NCBI GenBank assembly: GCA_965207885.1
Contig: OZ242311.1
Coordinates: forward strand, 3,392,001-3,456,000
Reading direction: 5' to 3'
Length of the DNA: 64,000 nucleotides
Source: Candidatus Latescibacterota bacterium
Lineage (GTDB): Bacteria; Latescibacterota; UBA2968
Of the stretch, positions 1 through 9,796 are shown one piece after another. Below the pieces are notes generated by a model that was not told the DNA's origin, ran no database searches, and saw nothing but the letters and a program-made list of their open reading frames with translations. The position numbers were made by a program, and so were the translations under genes. Within the stretch, counting starts at the first letter, position 1; the number at the start of each line of letters is the position of its first letter.

Positions 1-1091
1 GTCGCCATCAAATCGACCAGGCCTACCAGATCATCACATTCGCGCCCGGGATTCTGAATGCCTTTGGGCCACCGCATAAAAAATGGCACCCGATGTCCAC
101 CTTCGTAAATATCCCTTTTACCTCCGCGATAAATACCATTGCTATGATGACCAAATTCTTCAATTCGTCCACGCCACGAATTCTCAGGGCCATTATCACT
201 GGTATATACAACAATAGTATTATCATCCAATCCCGACTGTTCCAGATAATCCAGCACGCGCCCTACATGGTGATCTGTCTCAATCATAAACTCACCATAG
301 CCACCACAATCACCCCGATTCCAAAATTCCTCACGCGGGCATACAGGATAGTGCGGCGATGTAAATGGCAGGTACAAAAAAAACGGCTTACCACTTTTGG
401 CACTTGCTTCTTTGCCCTGCATCCACGCAATCGCCTTATCGGTAAACCGCGTCAAACACTCATTGTCTATAAAATCAGGCGCAACCTCCATCCCCCTTGT
501 GCCTAATGCTTCAAGCGTTTCTTCTGGCGTATTCTCATACGGTGGCATGATGCGATAATCCACATGCCGGTTATTGGGTTTTTTAGCCGTATAAACTGTC
601 GGCGGTACTCTGGCATATCGCCCTTCAAACCAGGCGAGAATTCCATAATTGAGCGAAGCGGGTATGCCATAGAAATAATCAAATCCCTTATCCAACGGCA
701 TATCGGTAACAGGCTGACTCCAATCGCGATTGCCTACCTCGCCGGGAAAATTCATACCCAGATGCCACTTGCCAACCATTGCCGTATCATATCCATTTGC
801 CCCGAACATTGAAGCCAGCGTCATACGTTCGTCTGTAATCAGACACGGCACTTCGGCGGGAAAAACGCCCTGTTTCTTCAACGTCCGCCAGGAATAGCGT
901 CCAGTCAGCAATCCATAACGCGAAGGGGTGCAAACCGTATCTGAGCAATGCCCATTGGTAAAAGCGATCCCTTCTGCTGCCAACCGATCCAGATTTGGCG
1001 TTGGAAACTTCGCATCTGGATTCAGGCAACTCGCGTCACCATATCCCTGATCATCTGTAAAAATTACGATTACATTGGGTTTCTCTGCCAT
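1..1091 (-). CDS. arylsulfatase (Cys-type), 3' end runs off the window
   Basis: Not in the ORF track. Manual translation from ATG at 1091 gives MAEKPNVIVIFTDDQGYGD...TPNLDRL...VCTPSRYG (CxPxR motif). Confidence 0.9.
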   Translation of the reverse strand, partial: MAEKPNVIVIFTDDQGYGDASCLNPDAKFPTPNLDRLAAEGIAFTNGHCSDTVCTPSRYGLLTGRYSWRTLKKQGVFPAEVPCLITDERMTLASMFGANGYDTAMVGKWHLGMNFPGEVGNRDWSQPVTDMPLDKGFDYFYGIPASLNYGILAWFEGRYARVPPTVYTAKKPNNRHVDYRIMPPYENTPEETLEALGTRGMEVAPDFIDNECLTRFTDKAIAWMQGKEASAKSGKPFFLYLPFTSPHYPVCPREEFWNRGDCGGYGEFMIETDHHVGRVLDYLEQSGLDDNTIVVYTSDNGPENSWRGRIEEFGHHSNGIYRGGKRDIYEGGHRVPFFMRWPKGIQNPGRECDDLVGLVDLMA

Positions 1092-1113
1092 ACAGGGAGT
1101 CCTTTTCTAAGAG

Positions 1114-1824
1114 CTACCAGGGCACCACCGTACCATTATTCTGGAGAAAACTACCACTGTCGTCCATGGTCAACTTATCCAGCGTGCTGGTCATCAGTCC
1201 AACGGATTCTTCTACGGAAATCGTACCGTTCGGATTCATACCTGTGAGTACAGCCCCCGGTGTGAGAGCAACCACCACAATATTGCGGTCGGCGAGCCTG
1301 ATTGACAATCGCCTGGCAAGCATATTGACTCCTGCCTTGGCAATGGCGTAAGCATCCATTTCGTTTTGGCGATTGGCTCGCGCAATACTACCCACACCGG
1401 ATGAGGTCAGCACCAGCTTTGCCCCGTCGTTCAGCAGTGGCGTAACCATCTGTGCAAATAAAGCAGAACCAATGGTATGCACCTCGAAAGTAATCGCAAA
1501 ACTCTCCGTGTCCCACTCGCCAAAAGATTTTCCACTGCCTGAGCCAGCATTATTGATAGCAATGTCAATACGCACGTTGTATCGGGCTAAGGCTTCTCCC
1601 AAACGGTCGAAATGCTCTTCATTCGACATATCCAACTGCTCAATCAACAGCTTATTTCCGTATTCTTCTTTCAGCGCAATTAGATCTGTTGCCTCCGCTG
1701 GTGTCCGGCAAGTGGCCACGACAGAATCACCTGCATCGAGATAATGCTTCACCCACCCAAGCCCGATTCCTCGATTCGAGCCAGTTACAATCACAGTCTG
1801 TCCTGTCGCATCTTTAGTTTTCAT
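1114..1824 (-). CDS. short-chain dehydrogenase/reductase (CsgA/C-factor-like SDR)
   Basis: TGSNRGIG, NNAG and YAIAK (YxxxK) motifs. Likely start MKTKD at 1824. Confidence 0.9.
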   Translation of the reverse strand: MKTKDATGQTVIVTGSNRGIGLGWVKHYLDAGDSVVATCRTPAEATDLIALKEEYGNKLLIEQLDMSNEEHFDRLGEALARYNVRIDIAINNAGSGSGKSFGEWDTESFAITFEVHTIGSALFAQMVTPLLNDGAKLVLTSSGVGSIARANRQNEMDAYAIAKAGVNMLARRLSIRLADRNIVVVALTPGAVLTGMNPNGTISVEESVGLMTSTLDKLTMDDSGSFLQNNGTVVPW

Positions 1825-1852
1825 GGAAATCCCTTCATTTCTAAAAGTTTGT

Positions 1853-3421
1853 TTAGCCACGCAGAATCACATCTGCGGCTTTCTCCCCGATCATCATGCA
1901 CGGCGCATTGGTATTTGCATTGACAATGAATGGCATAATCGAAGCATCTGCTACGCGCAAACCCTCAATTCCGTGTACCTGAAGTCGATTGTTCACCACA
2001 GCCATATCATCGTTGCCCATCTTACACGTACCCACCGGATGGTAAATAGTCGTTGAATAATTGCGAATAAAGTCAACCAACGCCTGATCATCCTGCACAT
2101 CATCCCCCGGGAAAAACTCTTGTCCGCGATATCGGTCAAAAGCTGGTGCCCGTACAATTTCTCGCGCCAGTTTAACACCTTCCAGCATCACGCGCACATC
2201 GGCCTCCTCAACCAGGCATTGAGGATCGATCAATGGTGCATCAAACGGATCTGCCGAACGCAACTTAAGATCTCCCACGCTTTTTGTGCCCACCAGCCCC
2301 GGCAGAATTGTGAATCCATGCCCTTCCATCTCTTGAGACCCGTGCAAAACAAACCAATCAGGTCCAAAATGAAATTGCAATTCTGGCGCGGACGCATCGG
2401 CAGACAATTTCACGAACCCGCCCGCTTCACCCAAATTGGAAGTGAGCAATCCCATTCTTTCATTCTGATATCTGATCGCTTGCTCAGGATTATCTTTGCC
2501 AGCCTGCGTAATCTCCTCAGTACAGGCATACGCAATCCCTACCTGAACGTGCTCCATCAAATTTTGCCCTACACCCGGCAATGCCTTAACAACCGGAATA
2601 CCCAGCGCATTGAGATGTTCTGGCGGACCAATGCCCGACAACATCAGCAACTGAGGAGAATTGATTGCCCCGCCACAAAGTACCACTTCTCTACCAGCCT
2701 CAACCTCATGCGCCTTCCCTTCGTGCATATAATGAACACCAACACACCTTTTGCCATCAAATTCAAGGTGTGTAACATGGGCGTATGGAATCGCGGTGAA
2801 GTTGTCTCGTTCCAATGCCGGATGCAAATACCCCACCGCTGCGCTGCACCTCTGGCCCTCCTTCTGTGTGACCTGATACAGGCCAAACCCTTCCTGATCC
2901 CCATCATTGAAGTCTCGATTCAGACGAAATCCCACCTGCTGGGCCGCTTCGACAAAAGCCACACTCAATGGATTTGGATCCCGAGGGTCTGATACATGAA
3001 TCGGGCCTCCTGTCCCATGATATTCAGAGCCTCCCCGCGTCTGGTGCTGCATCTTCTTGAAATAGGGCAACACATCGACATACGCCCAGCCGTCATTCCC
3101 CATCGCAGCCCACTGATCGTAATCGCTCGGATGACCTCGCTGATAGACCATCGCATTGATAGAACTTGAACCGCCATACATTTTGCCGCGCGGCACATAA
3201 TCCCGCCGCCCGTTAAATCCGGCTTGCGGTGTGGTTTCGTAATCCCAATCTCTATATGTATGAAACAGGTCTGGAAATCGCGCAGGAATGTGAATTGCAT
3301 CCCGATCATCCGGTCCACCGGCTTCCAACAATAAAACGCGATACTGCCCACTTTCACTCAAACGACCCGCAACAGCACACCCTGCCGACCCTGCGCCAAT
3401 AATGATGTAGTCGTAATTCAT
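1853..3421 (-). CDS. GMC oxidoreductase (choline dehydrogenase-like)
   Basis: GAGSAG, GGSSSINAMVYQRG, YHPVGTCKMG and RVADASIMP...NTNAP motifs. Confidence 0.95.
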   Translation of the reverse strand: MNYDYIIIGAGSAGCAVAGRLSESGQYRVLLLEAGGPDDRDAIHIPARFPDLFHTYRDWDYETTPQAGFNGRRDYVPRGKMYGGSSSINAMVYQRGHPSDYDQWAAMGNDGWAYVDVLPYFKKMQHQTRGGSEYHGTGGPIHVSDPRDPNPLSVAFVEAAQQVGFRLNRDFNDGDQEGFGLYQVTQKEGQRCSAAVGYLHPALERDNFTAIPYAHVTHLEFDGKRCVGVHYMHEGKAHEVEAGREVVLCGGAINSPQLLMLSGIGPPEHLNALGIPVVKALPGVGQNLMEHVQVGIAYACTEEITQAGKDNPEQAIRYQNERMGLLTSNLGEAGGFVKLSADASAPELQFHFGPDWFVLHGSQEMEGHGFTILPGLVGTKSVGDLKLRSADPFDAPLIDPQCLVEEADVRVMLEGVKLAREIVRAPAFDRYRGQEFFPGDDVQDDQALVDFIRNYSTTIYHPVGTCKMGNDDMAVVNNRLQVHGIEGLRVADASIMPFIVNANTNAPCMMIGEKAADVILRG

Positions 3422-3455
3422 ATCGCTCTCCAGGTGCATCCACAATGAAATACGT

Positions 3456-5135
3456 TCATATATTCATAACGTAAGACTGGCCCTGTGTTCTCATCGCTGC
3501 TTCGTCTTCAGAGAGAATACTACATTCAGATGACCACGCTTCGATATTTTTCCGGGTCGTTTTCTCAAACCACCTATTTCTAAATGGAAGTTCTGCCTCT
3601 TTCATCCAGTTTTGTAATAAAGGATGAAGCTCTGTGCGAATGGCTTCAAAATTCTCATTGAAAAACAAATTGTCCAACTGAAACGGATCTTTGTTTCGGT
3701 CGTACAGCCAACCGCCTGGTTCGTCCCACTCTGTCCAATTCGGTTTTCCCCCCAAGCGTGTTTTCCCCTTGACACTATATACCCAGTCCTTTGTTATAAC
3801 GGTTCGATGAATAGGACAAGGACTCGAAATTGAATTCATATTGGAAAAATGAAATAAAAATACAGAATCAGGATCAGGTCCGCCTGATTCTGCCATAATA
3901 TTTCTACTGTGATTCACACCAGGACTGGCTTTTAAGTAGCCTAAAGATTCCAGGCTCGCTTTATCACTTTTTTCTGCCAACATTTCGTCTAATCCCGCCA
4001 AATGACAAAAGGTCGGAAAGAAATCAATGAATGAGAGGAGCTCATTCGCTTCCCTCCCAGGAGTTTTAATACTCTTATGCCAGCGCACGAGAAATGGTAT
4101 CCTCGATGAAGGGTCATGCGGCCATCTCTTTTGTCCTCCTGCGACATTCTGAGCACCACCCATAGCACCATGGTCGGACGTATAGATGACAATGGTATTA
4201 TCCCGAACACTTTCAGGCTGGTTATCAAGCCAATCCAAAACCCGCCCCAATTGCTCATCCACCGCAGTAATACTGCTATAATAGTCATAGTTATTGACCG
4301 CATTACGGATGCGATCATATGGCATATAAACGGGGTTATCTATATAGCTCTGATAGGGTTTCAAGGCTTTTGCAGGATGATTTTCATCATGTCGATACAA
4401 CTCCGGATAGTCAGAACGATGTGAAAAATCTCCCCACTCAGGCGCGCTATCTGTTCCTGTAAATGGACCATGCGGATCTTGCATGCAAAGCGTGAGAAAA
4501 AAAGGAGACGCATCAATGTCATGCCTGTCCAGTAAAGCGAGGGCTTGATCGGTTTGACCAACTATTTTATACGGATGGTTTGGGAAAGCCGGAAGAGAAA
4601 ATGTATCGCATTTTGAAACACCTGTATATGGGATATCACTCCCATCTCCTAAAATATCGTTTGAATCCAGGTCTTGAAAATCACCGCCGTTATGGCAATA
4701 TATCATGCTGTCATGCCTCTCATTTGACCATATATACGATTCATCATAACCCGCATTTTGAGCATTGTTCTCTAAACCCTGATGCCATTTCCCAACATGA
4801 AAAGTTGAATATCCCGCGTTCTTAAACAAAAATCCCAAAGTCTTATTTTCATTACCCTCTTCATCTACTCGATCATTCAAATCCATATGATTTGCAATTC
4901 CGCCCCATTGAAAGGGCCATCGACCCGTTTGATAGATCGCCCTTGCAGGCGAACAGATGGGTAGATTCGTATAACAATTTTTAAAGCTAACCCCTTCTTG
5001 CGCCATACGCTCCATATTAGGCGTATAAATTTCAAAATGATCCTTCAAGGAATTTGTAAATGACATAGCGTCATAACGATGCGTATCGCTTAAAATAAAA
5101 ATGAAATTGGCAGGGCGAAAAGAGGGCTTATTCAT
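3456..5135 (-). CDS. sulfatase (Cys-type)
   Basis: CSPAR, GKWH and TSDHG motifs. Visibly more AT-rich than its neighbours. Confidence 0.9.
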   Translation of the reverse strand: MNKPSFRPANFIFILSDTHRYDAMSFTNSLKDHFEIYTPNMERMAQEGVSFKNCYTNLPICSPARAIYQTGRWPFQWGGIANHMDLNDRVDEEGNENKTLGFLFKNAGYSTFHVGKWHQGLENNAQNAGYDESYIWSNERHDSMIYCHNGGDFQDLDSNDILGDGSDIPYTGVSKCDTFSLPAFPNHPYKIVGQTDQALALLDRHDIDASPFFLTLCMQDPHGPFTGTDSAPEWGDFSHRSDYPELYRHDENHPAKALKPYQSYIDNPVYMPYDRIRNAVNNYDYYSSITAVDEQLGRVLDWLDNQPESVRDNTIVIYTSDHGAMGGAQNVAGGQKRWPHDPSSRIPFLVRWHKSIKTPGREANELLSFIDFFPTFCHLAGLDEMLAEKSDKASLESLGYLKASPGVNHSRNIMAESGGPDPDSVFLFHFSNMNSISSPCPIHRTVITKDWVYSVKGKTRLGGKPNWTEWDEPGGWLYDRNKDPFQLDNLFFNENFEAIRTELHPLLQNWMKEAELPFRNRWFEKTTRKNIEAWSSECSILSEDEAAMRTQGQSYVMNI

Positions 5136-5312
5136 GTCGGTCTCCAGATGATTTCCATATTAATCCTCAACAATGGCCTCTCAATATAGTACCTGTGAAA
5201 GAAATCGCAAGCCATCAATTCAGATTTTCAATCCCCGGGAAAATGTCTTATATTGGCTCCGCTTACTGAACTCAAATGCAACCGACACCATCCAAATCCT
5301 GGAAACCAATCC

Positions 5313-7307
5313 ATGCCCGCCGCCCCCTTGATCCAAATCGTGCCTACCGATGGTGAGGCTCGTGTATTCATTGATTGCAATCGGAAAGCGGATAAACCCA
5401 TCAATCGAAATCTTTTCGGAAAATTTACAGAGCATCTCGGTCGCAACATCTACAATGGGATGTGGGCGCAGATCTTAGAGAACACTTCCTTCGCAGACTG
5501 GTCTTTCTTTAGCCGGATCTGGACGCCAGAGGCCGACCGTCTAAGGGACCCCGATATCGAGCGACACAGATCCGCCTACGAAAGGGGTATCGCCTACCGA
5601 TGGCTGCCCTACGGCTCAGAAGATGCGACCTATCTCATTGACTGGCTTAACCCGTACAACTCCCGCACGAGTCAAAGAATCACAGTCTCTGGATCTGAAG
5701 CGGGAATCCGCCAATCGACCTACTTGCCAGCCCACAGAACATTGGGATACACAGCCTCCTTCCACGCAAGAGGGCAAGCCGAATCCATCCGAATCTCCCT
5801 TGCCAAAGAGTCATCCGGCGAGGTACTTGCGGAAGCTGAAATAACCGGCCTTACAGACGACTGGTCCGACTACACAGCCGATCTCCAACTTCCAGCCGAT
5901 TCCCTGGAAAGAGGTGCGCCAGTTGAATTTCGGATCGGTCTTCCCAATCGTGGTCAGGTGTGGATCGATCAGGTATTTCTCTTTCCAGACGATCACATCT
6001 CGGGCTTTGACCCGGACGTTATCCAAATGCTAAAAGAATCACGCCTTCCGCTGTTGCGATATCCTGGAGGAAATTTTGTATCGGGGTATCATTGGCGAGA
6101 TGGCATTGGCCCCGTGGACAAGCGTCCCGTTTTACCAAACCCCGCGTGGCCTATTATCGAACCCAATCATGTGGGAACAGACGAGTTCATAGACTTCTGC
6201 AGGGCAGTAGATTGCGAGCCACTGATTTGCGTGAACGCGGGAAATGGCACACCACAGGAAGCGGCGGATTGGGTGGAATACTGCAATGGCGAAACCGACA
6301 CGCCAAACGGCGCACTCAGAGCCGAATACGGTCATCCACACCCCTACAATATTCGCTACTGGGAAATCGGAAATGAGCTATACGGCCGTTGGCAAATTGG
6401 TCACTGTCCGCCAGAAGAATACGCCGAAAGGTACGAAGCCTTCCGCGCAGCGATGCTCCAGGTCGATCCCGAATTGCTGATCATCGCCAATGGCCAGTCA
6501 CCCGAATGGAACAAGCCTCTGGTCGAGCGGAAAGGAAAACTCGTCCGGTCACTATCTTTGCACACCCTTACCGGTGGCGGAGCGCGTCGGGCAAAGGATG
6601 CCGAAGCGGTTTACCTGTCCCTCATGGGCTATATCGCCTCGTACGATAATAAACTCGAAGAACTGAAAGCTCAGGCGGCGCCGTACAACCCCGATATAAA
6701 AATCGCCATCACAGAGCATCAGATTATGTGTGGCGTTCTCCACTTACCTACGAATGCCACACAAGCAGAGTCGCTCTACCTATCAGGCGCGTTACACAGC
6801 GCAATGCGGCAAGGCGATCTCGTCGAGATATTTACCCACAGTGCATTGGTAAATCACGGGGGCGGGCTGAAGAAGGAGCGAGAGGTCGTTTATCCGACCC
6901 CGGTTCACTGGGTGTCACACCTTTACGGCAATCTTCCCGAGGCGACCCTTGTGCATTCCGTCACCACATCGCCGACCTTTACGGCAAAAATTCAATCCAT
7001 CATGACGGGGTCCAACCTGCCTTATGTTGATGCCCTTGCAGCGATCGGGGATAATGGCTTGATTCTCCTGGCGCAAAATCGCCATCCCACCGAAAAAATC
7101 GAGATCACTTGCGAACTCAGCAACTTCGACCCAGCTAATACCGCAGAACTCCAAACCATTGCAGGTGAGAGTTACATGTCTCGAAACGGCTGGGATTCAC
7201 CCAATAAAGTTGCGATTGACACACGAGAAATCCCAATTGGAGGCTCCAACTTTAAGATATCGCTCTCTCCGCACTCTGTAAATGCGTTGATGATCAATCA
7301 GGCTTAA
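5313..7307 (+). CDS. GH51 alpha-L-arabinofuranosidase-like protein with inserted CBM-like domain
   Basis: GKFTEHLGRNIYNG, LRYPGGNFVSGYHWRDGIGP, WEIGNE motifs. Confidence 0.9.
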   Translation: MPAAPLIQIVPTDGEARVFIDCNRKADKPINRNLFGKFTEHLGRNIYNGMWAQILENTSFADWSFFSRIWTPEADRLRDPDIERHRSAYERGIAYRWLPYGSEDATYLIDWLNPYNSRTSQRITVSGSEAGIRQSTYLPAHRTLGYTASFHARGQAESIRISLAKESSGEVLAEAEITGLTDDWSDYTADLQLPADSLERGAPVEFRIGLPNRGQVWIDQVFLFPDDHISGFDPDVIQMLKESRLPLLRYPGGNFVSGYHWRDGIGPVDKRPVLPNPAWPIIEPNHVGTDEFIDFCRAVDCEPLICVNAGNGTPQEAADWVEYCNGETDTPNGALRAEYGHPHPYNIRYWEIGNELYGRWQIGHCPPEEYAERYEAFRAAMLQVDPELLIIANGQSPEWNKPLVERKGKLVRSLSLHTLTGGGARRAKDAEAVYLSLMGYIASYDNKLEELKAQAAPYNPDIKIAITEHQIMCGVLHLPTNATQAESLYLSGALHSAMRQGDLVEIFTHSALVNHGGGLKKEREVVYPTPVHWVSHLYGNLPEATLVHSVTTSPTFTAKIQSIMTGSNLPYVDALAAIGDNGLILLAQNRHPTEKIEITCELSNFDPANTAELQTIAGESYMSRNGWDSPNKVAIDTREIPIGGSNFKISLSPHSVNALMINQA

Positions 7308-7359
7308 CCCATCCAACCTTTAAATCCATCTTAACATCATTTTTCAGGAGGAAACTTTC

Positions 7360-8199
7360 ATGAAACTCGTACTCTACAATGATTTTCAACTGGGTGTTTT
7401 GCAAGGCGATACAGTCGTCCCAGTTGGTAATTCGGTCGCAGATCTGGGGCATCACAACGCTCAAGAAATGATGCAGATGATCATTACTGATTGGGATGCC
7501 ATGCAATCCAGGATCAAGAGCGCCATAGAAGGAGGAAATGGTGTCGCCCTCGATACAGTGACTTTGCAATCGCCTCTGCCCCGCCCCGGCCAACTCATGT
7601 GTGCCGCCGGCAATTATATCGAGCCGAGCCACCCGGAGCGTGAGCTGTTCAATGGCTTTCTAAAGGCCAACACCAGCGTAATGCCTACCGGCAGCACGGT
7701 TGAACTCCCGGACGCCGAAGCGAGTGTTTTCCATTTTGAGCCAGAGTTGGCTCTGGTGATCGGCAAGAGAGCCAGCCACCTCTCGCAAGCCGATGCGCTG
7801 GACCATGTCTTTGGTTACACACAGTTCATAGATGTTTCGGCTCGCGGATTGCCTGGAGGCTTCTTCCTGGGAAAAAGCTGGCACACATTTGCTCCCTTGG
7901 GACCGGCTCTGGTGACTGCCGATGAGGTATCAAATCCAAATGATCTTTCAGTGAAGCTATGGGTCAACAACGCCCTCAAACACGACTTTTCTACAGGCGA
8001 TATGGCCCGCCACATTCCCGAGTTGCTGGAGGAAATCACCAGCGTCATCACCCTTGAACCAGGGGATGTCGTAGCAACCGGCACCCATCACGAAGCTCTG
8101 TCACCGATTCAGGATGGGTTCGTGGTCCGGTTGGAGGTCGAGGGATTCGGTCCCCACCTGGAGGTCAGTGTCCACGATTCGCTGAAGAGGCGTTGGTAA
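7360..8199 (+). CDS. fumarylacetoacetate hydrolase family protein
   Basis: FEPELALVIGK, DVSAR, GKSWHTFAPLGP, TLEPGDVVATGT motifs. Confidence 0.93.
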   Translation: MKLVLYNDFQLGVLQGDTVVPVGNSVADLGHHNAQEMMQMIITDWDAMQSRIKSAIEGGNGVALDTVTLQSPLPRPGQLMCAAGNYIEPSHPERELFNGFLKANTSVMPTGSTVELPDAEASVFHFEPELALVIGKRASHLSQADALDHVFGYTQFIDVSARGLPGGFFLGKSWHTFAPLGPALVTADEVSNPNDLSVKLWVNNALKHDFSTGDMARHIPELLEEITSVITLEPGDVVATGTHHEALSPIQDGFVVRLEVEGFGPHLEVSVHDSLKRRW

Positions 8200-8203
8200 A
8201 ATA

Positions 8204-8236
8204 GGGTCGCAGGTTCAAGTCCTGCCACCGGGACCA
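8204..8236 (+). other. isolated tRNA 3' fragment (T-arm, acceptor strand, CCA), possible att-site scar
   Basis: GGGTC-GCAGG-TTCAAGT-CCTGC-CACCGGG-A-CCA. There is no matching 5' half upstream, where the FAH coding sequence lies. Confidence 0.7.
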
Positions 8237-8262
8237 CAAAACACAATGTTTTTAAAAAATTT

Positions 8263-8294
8263 AAAAGGCTGCGAAATTATTTCGCAGCCTTTTT
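8263..8294. terminator. bidirectional rho-independent terminator
   Basis: AAAAGGCTGCGAAA-tta-TTTCGCAGCCTTTT perfect inverted repeat between convergent genes. Confidence 0.85.
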
Positions 8295-8341
8295 GGGATC
8301 TTAAGCTCAACCTATTATGCCAATAGATTTTTCATGTATAT

Positions 8342-9796
8342 TCACCCGATCAATTCTTCAATCACGCTGCCACCCGTCTGCGACAGTTGCATATATCGTC
8401 CAGCGTAAAAATACGTGAGCTTATTATCATCCAACCCCAAAAGCCTCAGAATCGTCACATGGACGTCCTGGATAGGATGCACTACACCGACTGCTTTTTC
8501 GCCAATCTCATCGGTTTCCCCAATCACGTGTCCCGCATTCACGCCCCCACCAGCAAACCACATTGGCATCGCCGTTGGGTTGTGATCACGACCATAAGCC
8601 ACCCCACCCCCTCGCAGACCATTGTCGGGACTGCGCCCAAACTCACCGCACCAGATAATCAATGTATCCTCCAGCATCCCTCGCTGCTTGAGATCGGTGA
8701 TCAATCCAGCGATGGGCTTGTCGATACTGCGAATCAACGAACCGTGTGCGCGAGCCAGATAATCGTGCGAATCCCATCCGCCAGAATAAATTTGCACAAA
8801 ACGCACACCTCGTTCGACAAGCCTTCGAGCCAACAGACACTTCCGACCAAACGCATCGGTTGTTTCTTCGCCAACACCGTACAACGCTTTGACCTTTTCA
8901 TTTTCTCCTTCTACATCGATAATGTCTGGCACTTCCATCTGCATTCGGAAGGCGAGTTCATAGCTGGCCATGCGTGCCGAAAGTTCGTTGTGTTGGGGAT
9001 GTTGTCTGGCATGGGATTTGTTAAACGCTTTGAGCAGAGAAAGGCTTTCTTTCTGATGGTTGTGGTTAATATGCGGTGGTGGGTGTATATCCAAAATAGG
9101 CGATCCAGTAGATCGCAGCGGCGTGCCCTGATAATGCGCCGGTAGAAAACCATTGGACCAGTTGGCAGCTCCCCCTTGAGGATAAGCCACTTCGGGCAAA
9201 ACAATAAACGCGGGCAGGTTTTCATTTTCAGTGCCCAACCCATAAGTCACCCAGGAGCCCATCGCCGGGTCACCACCGAATTTGTTGCCCGTATTGATGT
9301 GATACATCGCGGTCGGATGATCCACGGATTCTGCCTGGCAGCCTTGATAAAAACAAATCTCATCGGCAACCTCGGCCAAATGAACAAAATGCTCGCACAT
9401 ATCTGCGCCAGACTGACCTACCTTTCGGCTCTTAAATGGACTTTGTACATAGTACCGATTTCCACTCGCCATCGCCGAAAACTGTTTACCCTTCCGCCCA
9501 AACTTTGTCAGATGCAGATCTTGAAGTTTCGACTTGGGATCAAATGTGTCAATGTGGCTCGGCCCACCTTCCATCATTAAAAAAATGCATGATTTGGCTT
9601 TGGCAGGCACCATCTGGGGTTTGGGAGCAAGCAGATTGGATTGGCTGGCAGAGGCATTGTTTTGCATCAACAGGTGGCTCAATGCCACAGAACCAATACT
9701 CGAGCCAAGCCCGTAAAGAAAATCCCGCCGGTTGAGGTTACGCGCTGCCAGCAAATTGAGCCGTTTTTGGAGTTTGCGATCCATTTTACACCTCAA
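8342..9796 (-). CDS. DUF1501 domain protein (Tat-exported, planctomycete-type)
   Basis: NRRDFL Tat motif, GGPSHIDTFDPK, LARRLVERGVRFVQ, GEFGRSP, GRDH. Confidence 0.92.
   Translation of the reverse strand: MRCKMDRKLQKRLNLLAARNLNRRDFLYGLGSSIGSVALSHLLMQNNASASQSNLLAPKPQMVPAKAKSCIFLMMEGGPSHIDTFDPKSKLQDLHLTKFGRKGKQFSAMASGNRYYVQSPFKSRKVGQSGADMCEHFVHLAEVADEICFYQGCQAESVDHPTAMYHINTGNKFGGDPAMGSWVTYGLGTENENLPAFIVLPEVAYPQGGAANWSNGFLPAHYQGTPLRSTGSPILDIHPPPHINHNHQKESLSLLKAFNKSHARQHPQHNELSARMASYELAFRMQMEVPDIIDVEGENEKVKALYGVGEETTDAFGRKCLLARRLVERGVRFVQIYSGGWDSHDYLARAHGSLIRSIDKPIAGLITDLKQRGMLEDTLIIWCGEFGRSPDNGLRGGGVAYGRDHNPTAMPMWFAGGGVNAGHVIGETDEIGEKAVGVVHPIQDVHVTILRLLGLDDNKLTYFYAGRYMQLSQTGGSVIEELIG

Noticed and set aside
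8161-8236. Complete tRNA gene
   Set aside because: No 5' acceptor strand (CCCGGTG expected), D-arm or anticodon arm. The upstream sequence is FAH coding DNA.
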